A program made the position numbers and the translations under genes. Source: an uncultured Gemmatimonadales bacterium (GTDB lineage Bacteria; Gemmatimonadota; Gemmatimonadetes; Gemmatimonadales; Gemmatimonadaceae). From it: 64,000 nucleotides of DNA. Below the pieces are notes generated by a model. It had not been told where the DNA came from, ran no database searches, and saw nothing but the letters and a program-made list of their open reading frames with translations. Location of the stretch: the NCBI GenBank assembly GCA_963707505.1, contig CAVPQB010000002.1:32001-96000 (forward strand), in the 5' to 3' direction. Positions 58,683 through 64,000 of the stretch are shown here, piece after piece. How positions within the stretch are numbered: position 1 is the stretch's first letter; the number at the start of each line of letters is the position of its first letter.

Positions 58683-59930
58683 ATGGATGTCCCGCGGACT
58701 CGCACCGGGACCGCAACGCGCCGCGCTTGGACAATTGGGGGAGGGGCCGCTGTTGTCATGTTGATTATTGCAGGTCTTACCACACGCCACTCTGGCACCG
58801 CATCGGTTGAGCGGTCAGCCATTTGGATCGATACCGTGCGACGTGGAGATATGGTACGCGAGGTGCGCGCGCCCGGCGTCCTTGCACCGGAGCGCTTGCA
58901 TATAATCGCAGCGGCGAGCCCCGGTCGGGTCGATATGATTTTCGTTCGCCCTGGAACCGCCGTTGTTGATTCGACTACGCTCGCCATTCTTAGTAATCCG
59001 GACGTGCAGCTCGAAGCAGTGAGTGCAAACGAACAAGTGTCTAACGCGGAGGCCGCGCTTGTTGCTTTAGAGACAAGCCTTGAAAGCCAGCGCCTAGCAC
59101 AGGTGGGCGTCGTAGCGAGTGCGCGCAGCAGCTCCACTAGCGCGGTCCGTACTGCCGCAGCCACAACAGAGCTGGGTCGACGAGGCTTTGCCGCGTCGCT
59201 CGATGTAAGCAAAGCAACGGACCAAGCTGCCGAAATGGAGACACGACTGAAGGCAGAAGAATCTCGCTTGAGGCTAATTGAGACGTCTACTCATAGTCAG
59301 CTTCAACTTCAACGTGACCAGATTCAACGCCTCAAAGACGTCGCCAAATACCAAACGGATCGCCTAGCGGCAATGCGGATTACCTCAGGGAGTAGTGGGG
59401 TAGTGCAAGAAATTCCGCTTTCGCTAGGGCAATGGGTCACGCCCGGGACCTTACTTGCGAAAGTGGTTGACCCTACCCGCCTGAAGGCCGTGCTTAGAGT
59501 GCCAGCGACCGAGGCTGATGAGATAACAATTGGCAAACGCGTCGTTGTCGACACGCACACTGGCAAGATACGTGGTCAAGTAAGCCGACTCGACCCCGGA
59601 GTAAGTGAAGGTACGGTGGGTATAGATATCACTTTCGACGATACGCTTCCAAGGGGGGCACGCGTTGATATGAGCATCGACGGATCAGTTGTAATCGATC
59701 GTATTGTAAACGCCCTTTACATGAATCGCCCAGCGGGCACGAGTGGAAATAGCTCCGCCACTGTCTTTGTTCTTTCACCAGATGGGAAGAGTGCTATCCC
59801 ACGCGTCGTTCAACTAGGACGACTGTCAGCAACAACCATTGAAGTTCTAAAAGGCCTTAATCCCGGGGACAAGGTAATTGTATCGGACATGAGCGCGTTC
59901 GCCCGCGCACAGGAAGTAGCGGTACACTGA
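58683..59930 (+). CDS. HlyD/MacA-family periplasmic adaptor
   Basis: MDVPR start, one TM helix, IWIDTVRRGDMVREVRAPGVL, GQWVTPG, IEVLKGLNPGDKVIVSDM; start uncertain. Confidence 0.9.
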   Translation: MDVPRTRTGTATRRAWTIGGGAAVVMLIIAGLTTRHSGTASVERSAIWIDTVRRGDMVREVRAPGVLAPERLHIIAAASPGRVDMIFVRPGTAVVDSTTLAILSNPDVQLEAVSANEQVSNAEAALVALETSLESQRLAQVGVVASARSSSTSAVRTAAATTELGRRGFAASLDVSKATDQAAEMETRLKAEESRLRLIETSTHSQLQLQRDQIQRLKDVAKYQTDRLAAMRITSGSSGVVQEIPLSLGQWVTPGTLLAKVVDPTRLKAVLRVPATEADEITIGKRVVVDTHTGKIRGQVSRLDPGVSEGTVGIDITFDDTLPRGARVDMSIDGSVVIDRIVNALYMNRPAGTSGNSSATVFVLSPDGKSAIPRVVQLGRLSATTIEVLKGLNPGDKVIVSDMSAFARAQEVAVH

Positions 59931-60043
59931 GACGCATGACTACGTCGATTTCAGACGACTAATGATTGGACGATAACTGATATGCGCATAAAAGATGTCA
60001 ATGATCATCTTCACGCTAATCGCGCCGCAGTATTCTATGGCGT

Positions 60044-60796
60044 ATGGAGCATTCTATGCTAGTCAACGAAGTAACGCCGATCACACCGCAACTCGCCGAT
60101 ACTGTGTTAGTAAAGTTAACAAATGTAGGTAAGGTATTTTCCACTGATGAAATCGAGACTCATGCACTTTCACGAGTGCAGCTAACTATCGAACGTGGAG
60201 AGTACGTTGCCATAGCTGGTCCATCTGGGTGTGGCAAGTCTACTCTGCTCTCGATTCTCGGCCTGTTGGAACGACCATCATCGGGGGACTATTACTTGGA
60301 TGGGAACGACATTCGAAGTCTCGATCGTGCCCAACGTGCACACATCCGTAACCGCTACCTCGGGTTCGTCTTTCAGGCGTTTAACCTGATTGGCGATATG
60401 ACAGTGTACGAGAACGTTGAACTTCCGTTGACGTATCGTGAGAAGACGGAGAGTCGACGCCGTGAAGCGGTTGAAGAAGCCCTGGAGCGAGTCGGAATGT
60501 CGCACCGACAGAAGCACTACCCAGCTCAGCTGTCTGGCGGACAGCAGCAGCGTGTCGCGGTTGCGCGAGCCGTCACCGGCAAGCCGGCGCTACTTCTAGC
60601 GGACGAGCCAACCGGCAACTTGGATTCGACTAATAGCGAGTCCGTAATGAGTCTTCTCAGTCAATTTCACTCTCAAGGTACAACCGTGTGCATAGTAACG
60701 CACGATCCCCGGTTCGCTGCACATGCAACTCGAACTATTCGACTATTTGACGGCAATATCGTCGATGAGAAACTTGCGCACTCGGGACCCATCTGA
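60044..60796 (+). CDS. ABC ATP-binding protein (MacB/LolD type)
   Basis: GPSGCGKST, GFVFQAFNL, LSGGQQQRVAVARA, ADEPTGNLD, VTHD. Confidence 0.95.
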   Translation: MEHSMLVNEVTPITPQLADTVLVKLTNVGKVFSTDEIETHALSRVQLTIERGEYVAIAGPSGCGKSTLLSILGLLERPSSGDYYLDGNDIRSLDRAQRAHIRNRYLGFVFQAFNLIGDMTVYENVELPLTYREKTESRRREAVEEALERVGMSHRQKHYPAQLSGGQQQRVAVARAVTGKPALLLADEPTGNLDSTNSESVMSLLSQFHSQGTTVCIVTHDPRFAAHATRTIRLFDGNIVDEKLAHSGPI

Positions 60797-60930
60797 TTCA
60801 CGAATATTCGCCGACTCAAGTCACGGGACGCAACGGATATCTGGCTAGGTCACCGAAGGTCTTATCGCGTGGCGCAATATACGACTTCGCTCCCCGACTT
60901 ATAGCAGCAACAAACCATTGGAGGTTGTGA

Positions 60931-63369
60931 ATGCACGGGTGGATAAATGATACGCGGTATGCACTCCGGCGGATGCGGCGACATGGCGGTCTCATACTGA
61001 TCGCGACGGGAACGCTCGCGATTGGTATCGGGACAATTATTGCGCTTATGTCCATTGCACGACCGGTGATACTAGCACCACTACCCTTTCCTGATGGGAA
61101 CGCGCTAGTCGCGGTGAAGCAGAACAATCCGATGCTGGGAGGCATTAACTCTTTCTCGACGGGGAATTATTTGGCGCTCGTACGATCGACACATTCGCTT
61201 TCATCTGTCGGCGCATACACGCCGATCGATCGTACATTGACCGGGCAGGGAGCGCCTCGCGTGTTGCACGGTGCACGCGTAACGCCTTCTTTCATCGGGG
61301 TGCTCGGAGTGCAGCCGGTATCGGGTTCCACTTTCTCCCTCACGGATAGTATTCCAGGTGATCCGAGAGGTATGATCGTTGGCGACAACCCTACCGTTTT
61401 GCTCAGCTACGCAACATGGACCCAGGTATTTGGGCGCGGAGATGTAGTCGGTAGCAGCATTGCGCTTGATGGTAAGCCGTATCGAGTTGTAGGAGTAATG
61501 CCTGCCGGGTTTGCAATACCCGATCACGCTGACTTCTGGGTGCCGATGGTATTCGGAGCAATAGCGCCGGTAGATTGGGGAACGTTTTCCCTAGGCGTTG
61601 TTGGCCGACTTGCCGCTGGGAGTTCCCAAGCAGCTGCACAAACCGAGCTGAACACTATCGCTACGCATCTCCACGATCGTGGTGGTCGGATCAATCACGA
61701 CCTCACATTTCCTCTTACATCACTGAAAGAGAGCCTGCTCGGTGATTACGGCGTAGCTGTGATCGCGCTGTTATGTGTGTCCATTGCAATGCTCGTGTTG
61801 ATTTGCGCAAACTTAGGAACCATGCTGTTGGCTCAGGGGATTGAGCGGACAGGTGAGTTGGCGGTCCGTTCCGCGCTCGGAAGTCCTCGATGGCAGGTAA
61901 TGCGTCCTTTAATGCTAGAAAGTATGAGTCTAGCGATCGTGGGCGCTTTCGCTGGTTGTGCACTAGCGCCGGTAATTATTGCGGGTTTAGTCGCAGTAGC
62001 CCCTTCGGGAATTCTGACGGTTTGGAATATTCATACAGACATAACAGCAGTTGGCATCGGTGTTGGTGCAGCGATTATTAGCGGATTGCTCTTTGGCGTT
62101 GGGCCTGCTTTTCACCTTGCCAGAATGGCAGAAAACCCCCGTACGTTAATGCACGGCCGAGCAGTGGTAGGCAACCGAGTGCAGCGGCGGTTCCAAGGCC
62201 CACTCGTCGCATTGCAGCTGGCAATCGCGGTGGTTCTTGTCACTGGGACCTTTGGCCTCGGCAAAGTCTACCACCAATTGGTGACGCGCCCAATCGGCGT
62301 CGACCCGCAAGGCGTGGTCACCGCGGACCTGACCTTGCCTGGCGACCGATACTCTACGCCGCAAGCGGTAACCACCTTTGCTGCGACCGCTGCGCGCCAG
62401 TTTTCACACACAGGCGAGGTCAGTGATGTTGCCGTCGCCTTGAGGTTGCCTGTGCTTGATTCTGGAGGAGGGGTCTGGGCACACGTTGGCTCTAGTAGGC
62501 CAAAGGAGAACGACGGTTCGCCCGAAGTAACCTTCAATGTCATTACCGCTGACTATTTCCGCGTGCTGAATGTACCAATTCAACGCGGTCAGGCCTTCCA
62601 AGCAGACGCCGGAAATGAACCGAGCGTAGTGGTGAGTGAAAGTTTCGCTCGCTCGTTCTTCGGAACGTCCGACCCGATTGGTCAGTACGTGACACTAACA
62701 CCTTGGCCGACTACTCCACGCCGGGTTATAGGGGTTGCGGGCGATGTGTTACAAGGAGGAATGCGAGGGGCGACTCAACCGGCAGTATACGTAACATACG
62801 ATCAGGTGAAGAACTTTCCCCTTCCAACTATGCACCTGCTCGTTAAAGGGCGTAACAACAAAGCCGTGTCCCTCTCTCTAGTTCAGCAGCAACTCTTGCA
62901 GATAGATCCATTGCTTGCATTTGGAGTAATCGCGCCGCTCACTGCGCGTGTGCAAGCGTTGTCGCGTGACAACCTGGTCACATTGTGGCTTGTTGGAATG
63001 TTTGGGCTTTTAGGGCTCGCGCTCGCGAGCGCAGGCACCTATGCCGTTACATCGCTCAACATAGCCCAACAAACCCGGGAGATAGGAATTCGCGGGGCGC
63101 TAGGTGCCTCGCCGCGACAACTTTGGCATCTGTTGCTCGCGCGCGTGAGTCGGCGCGCCTTCATTGGAATTGGCTGCGGCGTGATAGCAACGTTTGTGTT
63201 ATACGTGACAACACCTCGCTGGATACCACTCGGGGGACGAGACCTGCTTTATGTCCTTGCGCCGACCACAATAGTATTGATTGGTACTTCGTTCGCCGCT
63301 ATCGCGATTCCGTTGTGGCGCGCCACGCAAGCGGAGCCGGCGGAAGCTCTGCGGCGCAGTGATGGATAG
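60931..63369 (+). CDS. Duplicated MacB/FtsX-type ABC permease (ADOP-like)
   Basis: DTRYALRRM, TLAIGIG, VVGVMP, ELAVRSALG, REIGIRGALGA, PAEALRR; two periplasmic/FtsX halves. Confidence 0.92.
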   Translation: MHGWINDTRYALRRMRRHGGLILIATGTLAIGIGTIIALMSIARPVILAPLPFPDGNALVAVKQNNPMLGGINSFSTGNYLALVRSTHSLSSVGAYTPIDRTLTGQGAPRVLHGARVTPSFIGVLGVQPVSGSTFSLTDSIPGDPRGMIVGDNPTVLLSYATWTQVFGRGDVVGSSIALDGKPYRVVGVMPAGFAIPDHADFWVPMVFGAIAPVDWGTFSLGVVGRLAAGSSQAAAQTELNTIATHLHDRGGRINHDLTFPLTSLKESLLGDYGVAVIALLCVSIAMLVLICANLGTMLLAQGIERTGELAVRSALGSPRWQVMRPLMLESMSLAIVGAFAGCALAPVIIAGLVAVAPSGILTVWNIHTDITAVGIGVGAAIISGLLFGVGPAFHLARMAENPRTLMHGRAVVGNRVQRRFQGPLVALQLAIAVVLVTGTFGLGKVYHQLVTRPIGVDPQGVVTADLTLPGDRYSTPQAVTTFAATAARQFSHTGEVSDVAVALRLPVLDSGGGVWAHVGSSRPKENDGSPEVTFNVITADYFRVLNVPIQRGQAFQADAGNEPSVVVSESFARSFFGTSDPIGQYVTLTPWPTTPRRVIGVAGDVLQGGMRGATQPAVYVTYDQVKNFPLPTMHLLVKGRNNKAVSLSLVQQQLLQIDPLLAFGVIAPLTARVQALSRDNLVTLWLVGMFGLLGLALASAGTYAVTSLNIAQQTREIGIRGALGASPRQLWHLLLARVSRRAFIGIGCGVIATFVLYVTTPRWIPLGGRDLLYVLAPTTIVLIGTSFAAIAIPLWRATQAEPAEALRRSDG

Positions 63370-63485
63370 CTGTATAGCAAGGCAATCAAATGTCATCGCC
63401 GGTTTCCGCTAACCCCTGGAGCGTCGAAATGCTATACCGCTTGGGATCAACGTGGTGCGGCAGTGTTACGAATACCCCAGGAGTT

Positions 63486-64000
63486 ATGTCTTTGGCAGTT
63501 AGACAGCTGAGTGCATTCGTTTGTACAATTCTCTTATGGCACGCATCTGTTACCGCCGCCCAAAGCGGCCCGCGATCGCTGACTCAAGCAACGGCTGAAT
63601 TCCCGTCTATAACGCAAATAGGAATCTGGCCCGATCGTTGGGATGATAGCGACGGTCTTGTGTACAGTGATAAGACCGCTGGCACAGACGAGTGGCGCTC
63701 TCTATGTATTCGCGATGGATCGTCGGTGCCACTTCTTGGACCTCGTAAATGCAACGCAAGCCCGATGTTATTCACCCACACTGATTTCGCATTCGGACCC
63801 GTGGTAGACGCCCATCAGAAAGAGTGCAAGATATGCCGATTCGACGCGTGGTACCTTGATTTCGCGAGCGACACGTCTATCGCTGTAAGACAGTCTTCCA
63901 GCTTATTTATTGTTAATCGCAGAACCGGCCGAGTCTTAGCCCGTGAACACATTCAGCCACACACCTGGTCGGCTCAAGACGCAGAGCATGGAGTAGCGGG
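63486..64000 (+). CDS. Secreted protein of unknown function (3' end runs off the window)
   Basis: AGGAG then ATG/TTG; open frame to the window edge: MSLAVRQLSAFVCTILLWHASVTAAQSGPRSLTQ..., with a signal-peptide-like N-terminus. Not in the ORF track. Confidence 0.65.
   Translation, partial: MSLAVRQLSAFVCTILLWHASVTAAQSGPRSLTQATAEFPSITQIGIWPDRWDDSDGLVYSDKTAGTDEWRSLCIRDGSSVPLLGPRKCNASPMLFTHTDFAFGPVVDAHQKECKICRFDAWYLDFASDTSIAVRQSSSLFIVNRRTGRVLAREHIQPHTWSAQDAEHGVA

Larger units (their letters stand above)
48902..64000. mobile_element. Genomic island carrying the lanthipeptide cluster (right end outside the window)
   Basis: Begins at a tRNA-Cys att fragment; visibly lower GC and more A/T-ending codons than 1-44 kb; no integrase within the window. 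Confidence 0.7.

Overview
GC-rich bacterial chromosome segment; the gene repertoire suggests a Gemmatimonadota-like organism, which is inference only. Positions 1-44 kb are mostly core or ordinary accessory genes: a chemotaxis operon (cheA-cheW-soluble GAF MCP-cheB-cheR), NHEJ genes (Ku and an ATP-dependent ligase), arfB, ypdA, peptidases, MacAB-TolC-like and heme-type ABC parts, a YtrA-type operon, a HipA-like kinase/DUF3037 pair, a frameshift-riddled ATP-grasp/LLM monooxygenase pair and a LytS/LytTR system. From about 44 kb lies an integration hotspot: hipBA with four operators, two identical 65-bp repeats holding the 3' half of tRNA-Cys that flank a Fic gene, and a tRNA-Pro fragment. A visibly lower-GC island then runs off the right edge. 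It carries a class III lanthipeptide (RiPP) cluster: two short precursor genes (one absent from the ORF track, the other buried in a longer ORF), a LanKC synthetase and an ABC exporter. A divergent NtrC-type two-component system, a MacAB-like export module and a truncated secreted protein follow. Both precursor cores share an unusual C-x2-S-x2-S-C-x-S-x2-S-C-x-S-x2-S pattern, which reads as the reverse of the canonical labionin motif; this is the most interesting signal in the window. Several isolated small insertions in otherwise intact genes look like assembly errors.
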